Positions 18,897 through 30,050 of a stretch of 64,000 nucleotides of DNA are shown in pieces; positions within the stretch are counted from its first letter, which is position 1, and every line of letters starts with the position of its first letter. Source of the stretch: Gaiellaceae bacterium (GTDB lineage: Bacteria > Actinomycetota > Thermoleophilia > Gaiellales > Gaiellaceae). Location: contig DASVDV010000015.1 in NCBI GenBank assembly GCA_036380895.1, positions 21,835-85,834 on the forward strand, in the 5' to 3' direction. The translations under genes and the position numbers were made by a program. Under the pieces are notes generated by a model. That model had not been told where the DNA came from. It searched no databases and saw nothing but the letters and a program-made list of their open reading frames with translations.

Positions 18897-20189
18897 ATGG
18901 CCGTCGCCGAGCAGACCTTCCAGCACCTGAGGACGGACGGCCTGGCGCAGATCGACCCGGCCGTGGCCGAGCTGCTCGGGCGCGAGCTGGAGCGGCAGCG
19001 CAGTCAGATCGAGCTGATCGCGTCGGAGAACTTCACCTGGCCGAGCGTGCTCGAGGCGATCGGGTCGACACCCACGAACAAGTACGCCGAGGGCTACCCC
19101 GGCAAGCGCTACTACGGCGGCTGCGAGGTCGTCGACGAGATCGAGGAGCTCGCCCGCACCCGCGCGAAGAACCTCTTCGGCGCCGACCACGCGAACGTGC
19201 AGCCGCACGCGGGCGCGCAGGCGAACATGGCCGTCTACTTCGCGTGTCTCGAGCCCGGCGACCGCGTGCTCGGGCTGTCGCTCGACCAGGGCGGCCACCT
19301 GACGCACGGGCTGAAGGTCAACTTCTCCGGGCGGCTGTACGAGTTCCACTCGTACGGCGTCTCGCGCGACACGATGACGGTCGACTACGACGACGTGCTC
19401 GCGAAGGCGAAGGAGGTGCGGCCGAAGCTGATCGTCTGCGGCGGCAGCGCCTACCCGCGCACGGTGGAGGCCGACCGCTTCCGCGAGATCGCCGACGAGG
19501 TGGGGGCGCTGCTGATGTGCGACATGGCGCACTTCTCCGGGCTCGTCGCCGCCGGGCTGCACCCGAACCCGGTGCCGCACTGCGACTTCGTCACCTCGAC
19601 CACCCACAAGACGCTCGCCGGCCCGCGCGCCGGCTTCGTCCTCTGCCGCGAGGAGCACGCCACCGCCCTCGACCGCGCGAACTTCCCCGGCATGCAGGGC
19701 GGCCCGCTGATGCACACGATCGCCGCCAAGGCGACCTGCTTCGGGATCGCCGCCACCGAGGCGTTCCGCGACTACCAGCGCCGCATCCGCGCCAACGCCG
19801 ACGTGCTGGCCGAGGGCCTCGTCGGCGGCGGGCTCGACCTCGTCACCGGCGGCACCGACACGCACCTCGTGCTGCTCGACCTGCGCGCGACCGACTGGAC
19901 GGGCGCCGCGGCGCAGGACCGCCTCCACGAGGTGGCGCTGACCGTGAACAAGAACGGCGTTCCCTTCGACGAGCGGCCGCCGACCGTCACCTCGGGCGTC
20001 CGCATCGGCACGCCGGCCGCGACGATGCGCGGCTTCGAGGAGGACGACTTCCGCGAGGTCGCCGCGATCATCGTCGAGGCGCTGGCCGACAGCCCCGATC
20101 TGGGCGCGCTCCGCCGCCGGGCGGAGACGCTGTGCGAGCGGCACCCGCTGTACCCGGGCTTCCGCGGTTACACCACGTACGAGGCGTAG
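18897..20189 (+). CDS. glyA: Serine hydroxymethyltransferase
   Basis: [21 protein letters not shown] (PLP Lys). The ORF track starts at the GTG at 18888; I prefer the ATG at 18897. Confidence 0.95.
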   Translation: MAVAEQTFQHLRTDGLAQIDPAVAELLGRELERQRSQIELIASENFTWPSVLEAIGSTPTNKYAEGYPGKRYYGGCEVVDEIEELARTRAKNLFGADHANVQPHAGAQANMAVYFACLEPGDRVLGLSLDQGGHLTHGLKVNFSGRLYEFHSYGVSRDTMTVDYDDVLAKAKEVRPKLIVCGGSAYPRTVEADRFREIADEVGALLMCDMAHFSGLVAAGLHPNPVPHCDFVTSTTHKTLAGPRAGFVLCREEHATALDRANFPGMQGGPLMHTIAAKATCFGIAATEAFRDYQRRIRANADVLAEGLVGGGLDLVTGGTDTHLVLLDLRATDWTGAAAQDRLHEVALTVNKNGVPFDERPPTVTSGVRIGTPAATMRGFEEDDFREVAAIIVEALADSPDLGALRRRAETLCERHPLYPGFRGYTTYEA

Positions 20190-20193
20190 GTTC

Positions 20194-20820
20194 GTGCCCG
20201 TCACGGAGGTCCGGCACCCGCTGGTGCAGCACAAGCTGTCGTACCTGCGGGACGCCGAGACGCCCACGGTCCACTTCCGCCGGCTCGTCGAGGAGGTGAC
20301 GCTCCTGCTCACGTACGAGGCGACGAAGGACCTGCGCACCGAGGACGTCGAGATCGAGACGCCGCTCGAGCGGGCGCCCTTCCCGCGCATCTCCGGCAAG
20401 AAGGTGGCGGTGTGCCCGATCCTGCGGGCGGGCCTCGGGATGCTCGACGGCGTCCTGACGCTCATCTCGGGTGCGCGCGTCGGCTTCATCGGGCTGTACC
20501 GCAACGAGGAAACGCTGCAGCCGGTCGAGTACTACGTGAAGCTGCCGCAGGACGTGGCCGACCGGGACGTGATCCTGCTCGACCCGATGCTCGCGACCGG
20601 CAACTCGACCGCGCACGCCGTGCAGGTGGTGAAGGAGGCGGGCGCGACGAGCGTTCGGCTGATCGCGATCATCGCGGCCCCGGAGGGGATCGCGAACATC
20701 GAGGAGCACCATCCCGACGTGCAGATCGTGGTCGCGGCGATCGACCGCGGCCTGAACGAGCGGGGCTTCATCGTCCCCGGCCTCGGCGACGCGGGAGATC
20801 GCCTCTACGGGACGAAGTAA
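20194..20820 (+). CDS. upp: Uracil phosphoribosyltransferase
   Basis: PRPP-binding motif VILLDPMLATGNS and C-terminal GLGDAGDRLYGTK. Confidence 0.95.
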   Translation: MPVTEVRHPLVQHKLSYLRDAETPTVHFRRLVEEVTLLLTYEATKDLRTEDVEIETPLERAPFPRISGKKVAVCPILRAGLGMLDGVLTLISGARVGFIGLYRNEETLQPVEYYVKLPQDVADRDVILLDPMLATGNSTAHAVQVVKEAGATSVRLIAIIAAPEGIANIEEHHPDVQIVVAAIDRGLNERGFIVPGLGDAGDRLYGTK

Positions 20821-20829
20821 GCTGGACCG

Positions 20830-21939
20830 ATGGTCTGGGAGCAGCTCACGGACCACCTCGAGGTGCTGTACGGCGCGGCGCTCGCGCTGGCGATCGTGCT
20901 GGTGCTGACGCCGGCGGTCGGCTCGGCGGCGCGCCACCTGCGCGTGGTGCGCCCCCGCGAGGGCGACCGCGCCCGGCCGGGGGTGCCGCGGCTCGGCGGC
21001 CTGGCGCTGCTGCTGGGCCTGTTCGTGCCCTCGCTCGCGTTCCTGCCGCTCGGCGGCGAGCTGCGCGGGGTGCTGCTCGGCGCGGCGGTGGCCGCGACGC
21101 TCGGCGCGGTCGACGACTTCCGCGGCCTCGCCTGGTGGCAGAAGCTCGGCGGGCAGGTCCTCGCCGCGGCGATCCCGACCTTCTTCGGCGTGTGGGTCCA
21201 CTCGTTCACGTTCCTGAGCGGGCCGCTCACGTTCCCGGTCTGGGTCGGCGCGCCGCTGACCGTCGTCGGGATCGTCGCCGTGATGAACATGGTCAACTTC
21301 CTCGACGGGCTGGACGGGCTCGCGGCCGGCGTGTGCGCGATCGCCGGCGCGACGTTCGCGGTGATCGAACTGTCGCTGGGCCGCACGGGCGCCGCCATCC
21401 TCGCCGCGATCGTGTGCGGCGCCTGCCTCGGGTTCCTGCGCCACAACTTCTATCCGGCGCGCATCTTCATGGGCGACTCCGGTGCGCTCCTGCTCGGCTA
21501 CACGCTCGCGGCCGTCTCCGTGCAGGGTCTCCTGAAGACCGCCGCCCTGGCGACGCTCGTGCTGCCGCTGCTCGTGCTGGCCGTGCCGATGATCGACACG
21601 TCGTTCGTGATCGCGAAGCGGATCAAGACGGGCCAGCCGATCTACCGCGCCGACGCGCGGCACCTGCACCACCGCTTCATGCGCATCGGCTTCACGCAAC
21701 GGCGGGCGGTGCTGCACGTGTGGGCGTGGTGCGGGACGCTCGCCCTGGCCGCGCTGGCGACGCGCTTCGCGCCGCCGCACTCGCACGGCCGCTGGAGCAC
21801 CGCCAATCTGGCGATCGACGTCGCCGCCGGCGCCCTCGCGCTCGCCTTCTCGCTCTACGTCGTGGTCCTGCTGGAGATCGTCAAGCTCGCGAGCCCGCGG
21901 ACGAGGCGCCGGCAGGAGCGCGAGCGGCGCGCCGCCTGA
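20830..21939 (+). CDS. Polyprenyl-phosphate N-acetylhexosamine-1-phosphate transferase (GT4, WecA/TagO/MraY-like)
   Basis: Multi-TM protein with NFLDGLDGLAAG and MGDSGALLLGY motifs. Confidence 0.88.
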   Translation: MVWEQLTDHLEVLYGAALALAIVLVLTPAVGSAARHLRVVRPREGDRARPGVPRLGGLALLLGLFVPSLAFLPLGGELRGVLLGAAVAATLGAVDDFRGLAWWQKLGGQVLAAAIPTFFGVWVHSFTFLSGPLTFPVWVGAPLTVVGIVAVMNMVNFLDGLDGLAAGVCAIAGATFAVIELSLGRTGAAILAAIVCGACLGFLRHNFYPARIFMGDSGALLLGYTLAAVSVQGLLKTAALATLVLPLLVLAVPMIDTSFVIAKRIKTGQPIYRADARHLHHRFMRIGFTQRRAVLHVWAWCGTLALAALATRFAPPHSHGRWSTANLAIDVAAGALALAFSLYVVVLLEIVKLASPRTRRRQERERRAA

Positions 21940-23431
21940 GCCCGCCGCGTAGCGCCACCCGTGCGGCGTTCCAGCCGGCGGCGCCGTGGACGCCGCCGCC
22001 CGGATGGGCCGACGACGAGGCGAGATAGAGCTGCCGGACCGCCGTCTCGGGGCGGCCGAGGCCCGGGCGCGGGCGCAGGAAGAGCTGCTGGTGCAGCTGG
22101 GCCGTGCCGCCGTTCAGCGCGCCGCCGACGAGCGACGGGTTCGCCGTCTCGAGCTCCTCCGGCGTCAGCACGTGGCGGCCGCGCACCAGCGCGCGGAAGC
22201 CGGGCGCGTAGCGCTCGAGGTGCGCCTCGATGCGCTCCACCGTCGCGAGCGCCTCCCCGGGGTGCAGCCCCTGCGGCAGGTGGGTGTACGCCCAGGCCGT
22301 CTCCTTGCCCGCCGGCGCGCGGGTCGGGTCGCCGCAGGCGTACTGCCCGAACACGAGGAACGGGCGGGTGGGGGCGAGGCCGCGGTGGATCTCGTTGGCG
22401 TAGAGCGACAGCTCGTCGACCGTGCCGCCGACGTGCACGACCGGAGCCCGCCGCGCGTCCGGCGCGCTCCACGGCACCGGGCCGTCGAGCGTCCAGTCGA
22501 CCTTCAACGTCGCCCAGTCGCGGTCGAACAGCTCGCCGTCGCGACCCAGGAGCGCGGAGGGGAGCACCTGCGCGTCGACGGCCGCGAGCACCGCGCGCCG
22601 CGCGGCGAGCCGCTCGCCGCCGGCGAGCTGCACGCCACGAGCCCGGCCGCCGCGGACGACCACGTCCGCCACGCGGGCCCCGCAGACGATCTCGACGCCG
22701 CGCTCCCGCGCCCGCCGGACGAGCGCGTCCGACAGCCGGCCGGCGCCGCCGCGCGGGTACGGGAAGCCGTACCGCTGCCCGAGCGCCGCGAGGAAGAAGC
22801 CGAAGAAGCCGCCGAGCGCCGACTCGGGCCCGAGGTCGGCGTGCAGCGCGTTCCCGGCGAGCAGCTGCGCCCCGCCCTCGCCCGCGAAGCGCTCGGCGGC
22901 GAAGCGGCGCACCGGCAGCACTCCGAGCCGCGCCAGGCGCAGGAGCCCACGAGGGCCCAGCCGCAGGAGCAGATCGAGCCCCGACCGCACCGGCGGCAGC
23001 GGCGTCGTCATGCCCCGCAGCAGCGCCGGCTCGATGCGGGCCCACAGCGCCATCAGCTCCTGCCAGGCATCGCCGTCGCCGGGCGCGAAGCCGTCGAGCG
23101 ACGCCGCCGTCTCGTCCGGGTCGCGCGAGAGCGCGACGCAGCTGCCGTCGATCGCCGGGTGCGCGAGGACGAGCGGCCCGTGGCACCACTCGAGGCCGAA
23201 GCGCTCCAGCTCGAGCGCGCGCAGCGCGGGGGAGGCCGCGGCGAGCGGATAGAACGCGCTGAAGACGTCGTTGACGAAGCCCGGCTCGATCAGCTCGGCC
23301 GACTTGACCGCGCCCCCCGGCTCGGCTTCGGCCTCCACCACGAGCACCGACCAGCCCGCGTCGGCGAGGGCGTTCGCGGCGGTCAGCCCGTTCGGTCCGG
23401 CGCCCACCACGATCGCATCGGGGTCCGTCAC
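21881..23431 (-). CDS. FAD-dependent oxidoreductase, phytoene-desaturase (CrtI) family
   Basis: N-terminal dinucleotide fold IVVGAGPNGLTAANALADAGWSVLVVEAEAEPGG. 516 aa, GTG start. Confidence 0.8.
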   Translation of the reverse strand: MTDPDAIVVGAGPNGLTAANALADAGWSVLVVEAEAEPGGAVKSAELIEPGFVNDVFSAFYPLAAASPALRALELERFGLEWCHGPLVLAHPAIDGSCVALSRDPDETAASLDGFAPGDGDAWQELMALWARIEPALLRGMTTPLPPVRSGLDLLLRLGPRGLLRLARLGVLPVRRFAAERFAGEGGAQLLAGNALHADLGPESALGGFFGFFLAALGQRYGFPYPRGGAGRLSDALVRRARERGVEIVCGARVADVVVRGGRARGVQLAGGERLAARRAVLAAVDAQVLPSALLGRDGELFDRDWATLKVDWTLDGPVPWSAPDARRAPVVHVGGTVDELSLYANEIHRGLAPTRPFLVFGQYACGDPTRAPAGKETAWAYTHLPQGLHPGEALATVERIEAHLERYAPGFRALVRGRHVLTPEELETANPSLVGGALNGGTAQLHQQLFLRPRPGLGRPETAVRQLYLASSSAHPGGGVHGAAGWNAARVALRGGLRRRAARAPAGASSAGSRA

Positions 23432-23485
23432 AAACAGAAGGCTACCGCCGCACGAGCAGCCGAAAACCGCTGTTACAAAGTTCGC

Positions 23486-23494
23486 TGGTATGCT
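23486..23494 (+). promoter_or_regulatory. Extended -10 (TGGTATGCT) of the ATP synthase operon, 8 nt upstream of the GTG at 23503
   Basis: TGn + TAnnnT in the 71-nt gap after the divergent oxidoreductase gene. There is no room for a Shine-Dalgarno sequence. Confidence 0.45.
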
Positions 23495-23502
23495 CCCGCG
23501 CG

Positions 23503-23697
23503 GTGCAGCCCCAGGGACCGTCGTTCTCCCTCGCCGGGGCCGGAAGCGTGCTCATCGGATTCACCGCGGCGTGCATCGTCGCGGGAGCGCTGATCGGCTG
23601 GGCGGCGGGAAGCGTCGGGATCGGGACCGCCATCGGCGCCGTCGTCGGGATCCCGATCGGCGTGGCCACCGTCGTCGTCAAGTACCGGAACGTCTGA
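23503..23697 (+). CDS. AtpZ/AtpI-like small membrane protein
   Basis: 64 aa with two Gly-rich TM helices. First gene of the atp operon. Confidence 0.6.
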   Translation: MQPQGPSFSLAGAGSVLIGFTAACIVAGALIGWAAGSVGIGTAIGAVVGIPIGVATVVVKYRNV

Positions 23698-24098
23698 TGC
23701 CCGCCTGGACACAGCCTCGCGTCGCCCCGCCGCAGCTCCTGCCCGCGGCCGCCGGCACCTTCGTGGTGCTGCTGGCGCTGCCGGTGTTCGCCGTGGCGGG
23801 CTGGCGGATCGCCGGCTGGGCGATCGGCGCGATCCTCTGGATCGGCTTCGAGGCGCTCGGCTGGTTCCTCGCGCGCCTGCGCGGCCGGACGGGTAATCTC
23901 GCCGCCGCAGGCGTGGCTGGATTCCTCATGCTCTTCCGGGCGGTCACCGTCATGGTGGTCGTACTCGTGCTGGTCGCCTCCGACAAGTGGCTCGGAGTCG
24001 CAGCGCTGCTCACCTACGCGGCGGGGTACACCGCGCAGCTCGGCCTGTCGCTGGTCGCCTACTACACGGGGCCCGAGGCGGGGAGCGCCGCGCGATGA
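23697..24098 (+). CDS. ATP synthase protein I-like membrane protein
   Basis: In-frame ATG at 23697 inside ORF 23271..24098 (TGATG junction). 133 aa with four hydrophobic helices. ATGA overlap with atpB. Confidence 0.6.
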   Translation: MPAWTQPRVAPPQLLPAAAGTFVVLLALPVFAVAGWRIAGWAIGAILWIGFEALGWFLARLRGRTGNLAAAGVAGFLMLFRAVTVMVVVLVLVASDKWLGVAALLTYAAGYTAQLGLSLVAYYTGPEAGSAAR

Positions 24099-24946
24099 CC
24101 GCGCGCATCCGCACCTTCGGCGCGATCGGCCTGACCGCGCTCGTCGTGCCGTCGGCGGCGTCGGCCCGCGGCAAGTTCGACCCGTCGATCGAGTTCGAGC
24201 AGCACGACTGGATCCCGATTCACCTCGGGCCGCTCGACCTGTCGATCACGAAGGCCGTCGTGTACCTCTGGCTGGGGGCGGTGCTCTCGATGCTGCTCGG
24301 CATCGGCCTGATGCGCGGCCGCCGGCTGAACCGCCGCCAGGCGCTCGGCGAGATGATCTACGACATCGCCCAGACGCAGGTGGCCGAGCAGGGGCTGCCC
24401 TCGAAGCACGTGAAGCGCTGGTTCCCGTACGTGGCCACGCTGATGATCTTCATCTTCATGATCAACCTGATCGGCTTCATCCCACTGCCGTTCGGCGAGC
24501 ACTACCACGGGCTGCCCCAGTTCGGGATCTACGCCGCCACGTCGTCGCTGTCGGTGACGCTCGCCTTCGCGCTGATGACGTTCTTCCTCACGCACTTCGA
24601 GGGGATCCGCTGGAATGGCCCCGTCCGCTACTTCAAGAGCTGGATCCCCGAGGTGCCGAAGCTGCTGCTGCCGCTGATCATCCCCCTGGAGATCCTCGGC
24701 CAGTTCATGCGGATCATCAGCCTGTCCGTCCGTCTCTACGCGAACATGCTGGCCGGGCACATGCTGATCCTGACGTTCATCGGGCTCGGCTTCGTGCTCA
24801 CGAACGTGGTCGTCGCCGTGTTCGGCACCGCCTTCGCGACCCTCTTCTACATCTTCGAGGTCGTGATCGTCGTCGGCATCCAGGCCTTCATCTTCGCCGC
24901 CCTGTCCGCCATCTACATCGGCTCGGCGATCGAGCCGGAGCACTAG
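24095..24946 (+). CDS. atpB: F0F1 ATP synthase subunit a
   Basis: ATG at 24095. Conserved LSVRLYANMLAGHM (essential Arg) segment. Confidence 0.93.
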   Translation: MTARIRTFGAIGLTALVVPSAASARGKFDPSIEFEQHDWIPIHLGPLDLSITKAVVYLWLGAVLSMLLGIGLMRGRRLNRRQALGEMIYDIAQTQVAEQGLPSKHVKRWFPYVATLMIFIFMINLIGFIPLPFGEHYHGLPQFGIYAATSSLSVTLAFALMTFFLTHFEGIRWNGPVRYFKSWIPEVPKLLLPLIIPLEILGQFMRIISLSVRLYANMLAGHMLILTFIGLGFVLTNVVVAVFGTAFATLFYIFEVVIVVGIQAFIFAALSAIYIGSAIEPEH

Positions 24947-24973
24947 CACCAGACCCCCAAGGAGGAACGGAAC

Positions 24974-25237
24974 TTGCTCGGAACAATCATCGCCGCCACG
25001 TCCGGCGACGTCACCAAGGCCGGCAAGGCCATCGCGCTCGCGCTGGGCATCGGCCTCGGCTCGCTCGGCGCCGGCGTCGGCATCGGCAACATCTTCGGCT
25101 CGATGATCCAGTCGGTCGCCCGCCAGCCCGAGCTGCGCGGCGAGCTCCAGGGCATCCAGTGGCTCGGCTTCGCCCTCACCGAGGCGGTCGTGTTCTACGG
25201 CCTCATCGGCGGCCTGCTGGGTTACGTCCTCGTCTAG
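24974..25237 (+). CDS. atpE: F0F1 ATP synthase subunit c
   Basis: TTG start after AGGAGG. ARQPE loop and carboxylate in ALTEAV (H+ type). Confidence 0.93.
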   Translation: MLGTIIAATSGDVTKAGKAIALALGIGLGSLGAGVGIGNIFGSMIQSVARQPELRGELQGIQWLGFALTEAVVFYGLIGGLLGYVLV

Positions 25238-25240
25238 ACG

Positions 25241-25774
25241 ATGGCGAACCTGCTCGCAGCCAACGCGCTGATCAAGGTCACGCCCGGCCTGATGATCTGG
25301 ACGATCGTGGCGTTCCTCGTCACGCTCTTCGTCCTCAGCCGGTACGCCTTCGGACCGGTGCAGCGGATCATCGACGAGCGGCGCGACCGGATCCGCACCG
25401 CCATCGACGAGGCCGACAACGCCCGCGACGAGGCGCGGAAGCTGCTCGCCGAGCACAAGGAGCTGATCGCCCAGGCGCGGACCGAGGCGGAGGAGATCCT
25501 CTCCGAGGCGCGCAAGATCGGCGAGGCGCAGCGCGAGCGGGTGCGCGAGGAGGCCGACGCCGACCGGCAGCGGCGCCTGGAGGAGACGCGGCGCCAGATC
25601 GAGCAGGCCACCCAGCAGGCGCTGGGGCAGATCCGCGACGAGGTCGGCCGGCTCAGCGTGATCGCGGCCGAGAAGATCGCCCGCAAGTCGCTGACCGAGG
25701 ACGACCAGCGGCGGCTGATCGACGAGGCGCTCGCCGAGATCGACTTCTCCCAGCTCGAGGGGAGCCGGTCGTAA
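25241..25774 (+). CDS. atpF: F0F1 ATP synthase subunit b
   Basis: N-terminal TM helix followed by a long charged helix. 177 aa. Confidence 0.9.
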   Translation: MANLLAANALIKVTPGLMIWTIVAFLVTLFVLSRYAFGPVQRIIDERRDRIRTAIDEADNARDEARKLLAEHKELIAQARTEAEEILSEARKIGEAQRERVREEADADRQRRLEETRRQIEQATQQALGQIRDEVGRLSVIAAEKIARKSLTEDDQRRLIDEALAEIDFSQLEGSRS

Positions 25775-26307
25775 GCGCCGTCGGCCGCATCTACGCGCGC
25801 GCCCTCCACGAGGCCGCGACCGAGCGGGGCCGCGTCAGCGAGGTGGCCGAGCAGCTCGCCGAGCTCCGCGAGGCGCTCGCGGGCAGCGACGAGCTGCGCG
25901 CGCTGCTCGAGAACCCCGAGCTCGACTCGCGCCTGAAGGGCGACGTGCTGCTGCGCGTCGCCGAGGGCGGCGACGAGCTCGTCGTCAACCTGGTGCGGCT
26001 GCTGGCGGAGAAGGGCCGCGCGGCCGCGCTCGACGACGTCGCCGGGGAGTACGAGACGATCGTCGCCGCGGAGCAGCAGGTGCTCGACGTGGAGCTGACG
26101 ACCGCCCTCGAGCTCGACGAGCACGAGTTCGGCCGCATCCTGGAGCGGATCGAGCAGGCGGCGGGCCGCAAGGTGCAGGCCACCCGGACAGTTGATCCCG
26201 ACTTGATCGGAGGCATCGTCCTCCAGGCCGGGTCGATGCGGCTCGACGCGAGCGTGCGCGGCCGGCTCGAACGACTACGCAACGAGCTGACGACAGCAAG
26301 GAGTTGA
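25771..26307 (+). CDS. atpH: F0F1 ATP synthase subunit delta (start codon unresolved)
   Basis: Frame of ORF 25159..26307. The conserved delta N-terminus [12 protein letters not shown] begins at about 25783, and the C-terminus reads [25 protein letters not shown]. No ATG, GTG or TTG lies between 25159 and 25843 in this frame. Confidence 0.8.
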   Translation, partial: VSAVGRIYARALHEAATERGRVSEVAEQLAELREALAGSDELRALLENPELDSRLKGDVLLRVAEGGDELVVNLVRLLAEKGRAAALDDVAGEYETIVAAEQQVLDVELTTALELDEHEFGRILERIEQAAGRKVQATRTVDPDLIGGIVLQAGSMRLDASVRGRLERLRNELTTARS

Positions 26308-26314
26308 GGAACAA

Positions 26315-27850
<1,536 letters not shown>

Positions 27851-27858
27851 TGGCATAG

Positions 27859-28755
27859 ATGGCCTCGACGCAGGAGCTGAAGCGGCGCGTCCGCTCGATC
27901 ACGAACACGCGCAAGGTGACGCGCGCGATGGAGCTCGTCGCCTCGGCGCGGCTCCGCCGTGCGCAGTCGCGGATCGAGGCGATGCGCCCGTACGCCGACC
28001 GGATGCAGGAGCTGATGGCCGGCGTGGCGCAGGCGTCCGGCGGCGCCGCCGCCCGGCTGCCGCTGCTGCAGCAGCGCGAGCAGGTTCGAACGGTCGCGAT
28101 CGCGCCGATGACGGGCGACCGCGGCCTCGCCGGCGGCTTCAACGCCCAGGTGCTGCGGCGCTCGTTCGCGCTCGCCCGCGAGGCGCAGGCGGAGGGGCAG
28201 AAGGTCCTCTGGTACCCGTCGGGGCGCCGCGGCGGCTCGACGCTCCGCTTCCGCCGGCTCGAGGTGGCCCAGGGCTGGACGGGCTTCAGCGAGCGGCCCG
28301 AGTACGCCGACGCGCAGGCGATCGCCCACACCCTCTCGGAGGCGTTCGTCGAGGGGCAGGTCGACCGCGTGGTGCTCGTCTACAACGCGTTCGTGTCGCC
28401 GCTCGTGCAGAAGGTGACGGTCAGCGAGGTGCTGCCGGTGCCGCAGCACGTGCTCGCGGGTTCCGGGGAGGAGGACGAGGTCAGGCGGCAGGCCGGCGAC
28501 TTCATCTACGAGCCGGAGCCGGAGGAGATCCTCGCCCGGCTGCTGCCCGTGTACGTCGAGACCGAGGTGTACCGGGCGCTGCTCGAGTCGGCGGCGTCCG
28601 AGCAGGGTGCCAGGATGACGGCGATGCGCAACGCGTCGAAGGCGGCGGGCGAGCTGATCGACAACCTCACGCTGGCCATGAACCGCGCCCGCCAGGCCGA
28701 GATCACCCAGGAGATCCTCGAGGTGGTCGCCGGCGCCGACGCCCTCTCGGGTTGA
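27859..28755 (+). CDS. atpG: F0F1 ATP synthase subunit gamma
   Basis: MASTQELKRRVRSITNTRKVTRAMELVA N-terminus and C-terminal NRARQAEITQEILEVV. Confidence 0.95.
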   Translation: MASTQELKRRVRSITNTRKVTRAMELVASARLRRAQSRIEAMRPYADRMQELMAGVAQASGGAAARLPLLQQREQVRTVAIAPMTGDRGLAGGFNAQVLRRSFALAREAQAEGQKVLWYPSGRRGGSTLRFRRLEVAQGWTGFSERPEYADAQAIAHTLSEAFVEGQVDRVVLVYNAFVSPLVQKVTVSEVLPVPQHVLAGSGEEDEVRRQAGDFIYEPEPEEILARLLPVYVETEVYRALLESAASEQGARMTAMRNASKAAGELIDNLTLAMNRARQAEITQEILEVVAGADALSG

Positions 28756-28766
28756 TAGACGCCCCC

Positions 28767-28786
28767 CGATAGAGGATCCTCGATCG
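28767..28786. promoter_or_regulatory. 20-bp near-perfect palindrome CGATaGAGGATCCTCgATCG just after atpG
   Basis: The core GAGGATCCTC is perfectly self-complementary and the flanks pair except for one A/G mismatch. It starts 12 nt after the atpG stop. Confidence 0.5.
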
Positions 28787-28871
28787 GACGGCTTTCCCCG
28801 ACGAAACCCCTGCACATGCCCCGTCTTCACATGGCACAAACTTTTTCCCCAGAGTACAGTCTCACCCAGCG

Positions 28872-29957
28872 ATGAGCCTCCAGGAGCAGCACGACCGCGA
28901 CGTGGCGGTCTCCGTGGGGGCGGAAGCGGTCGAGGCCGCGCTCGGCGCCGATCTGGCGCACGCGGACGACGGCTTCGTCGTCGCGCCGCTCGGCTACTGG
29001 CACCAGGTCTGGCGGCGCTTCAAGCGCGACAAGGTCGCGATCGGCGGCGGGATCACGATCGTCTTCCTGTTCCTGCTCTCGTTCGTCGGCGCGCCGATCT
29101 TCGCCAAGCTCCTGGGGCACGGCCCGGACGAGCTGTTCGACGGCGCCGTGACGAGCGGCGCGCTGCCGCTCGGCCCGTGGTCGCACTTCGCGAACCAGCC
29201 CTACGTGGGGGCGGTCGCGCCGCCCGGGCATCCGTTCCAGCAGGTCTTCTTCCCGCTCGGCTCCGACGGCGCCCAGGGCCGCGACGAGTTCCTGCGCCTG
29301 CTCTACGGCGGGCAGGCGTCGCTCGAGGTGGCGATCGGCGCGATGCTCGTGTCGATCGTGATCGGCATCATCATGGGCTCGATCGCCGGCTACTACGGCG
29401 GCTTCGTCGACCTGATCGTCTCGCGCATCACCGAGCTCGTGCAGGCCTTCCCGGTGGTGCTGTTCATCATCGCGCTCGCCGCGGTCGCCGGCCCGCAGCT
29501 CTCCAGCATCACCCTCGGCTTCCTCGGCAAGGGCGTGTTCACGATCATCGTCGCCCTCTCGGTCTTCAGCTGGTTCTATCCGGCCCGGATCGTGCGCGCG
29601 CAGGTGCTGTCGCTGCGCGAGAAGGAGTTCGTCGAAGCGGCGCGCATGGTCGGCGCGAGCGACGCGCGGATCATCCGGTCGCACCTCGTGCCGCACCTGG
29701 TGGCGCCGATGATCGTGCTCGCGACGATCGTCGTCGGCCAGAACGTGCTCGCCGAGGCGGGCCTCTCGTTCCTCGGCGTCGGCGTCGTCGACCCGACCCC
29801 CAGCTGGGGGACGCTGCTCGCCCAGGCGCCGGCCTACTACCTCGAGGTGCCGTGGCTGATGCTCTGGCCGGGCCTCGCCGTGTTGATCACGACGCTCGCG
29901 TTCAACCTGCTCGGCGACGGCCTGCGCGACGCCTTCGACCCGCGGAGCGCGCGCTGA
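28872..29957 (+). CDS. Peptide/nickel ABC transporter permease (OppC/DppC-like)
   Basis: BPD-transporter EAA-loop region EAARMVGASDARIIRSHLVPHL. Six TM segments. Confidence 0.9.
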   Translation: MSLQEQHDRDVAVSVGAEAVEAALGADLAHADDGFVVAPLGYWHQVWRRFKRDKVAIGGGITIVFLFLLSFVGAPIFAKLLGHGPDELFDGAVTSGALPLGPWSHFANQPYVGAVAPPGHPFQQVFFPLGSDGAQGRDEFLRLLYGGQASLEVAIGAMLVSIVIGIIMGSIAGYYGGFVDLIVSRITELVQAFPVVLFIIALAAVAGPQLSSITLGFLGKGVFTIIVALSVFSWFYPARIVRAQVLSLREKEFVEAARMVGASDARIIRSHLVPHLVAPMIVLATIVVGQNVLAEAGLSFLGVGVVDPTPSWGTLLAQAPAYYLEVPWLMLWPGLAVLITTLAFNLLGDGLRDAFDPRSAR

Positions 29958-30050
29958 TGCGCGCTGCTAACCCCACGTTCACAAGTTCGTCTCACGGATG
30001 CGAGACGAGAGCCGGGAAGAGGACCCGGTTCAATCATCGAAAGGAGCAGG

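Noticed and set aside
18015-20504. 829-aa minus-strand ORF
   Set aside because: Antisense to prmC, tsaC, glyA and upp. A GC-shadow ORF.
21881-21939. 59-nt convergent overlap between the wecA-like and CrtI-like genes
   Set aside because: Most likely it simply reflects poorly conserved, open C-terminal tails in GC-rich DNA where stop codons are rare. I see nothing functional in it.
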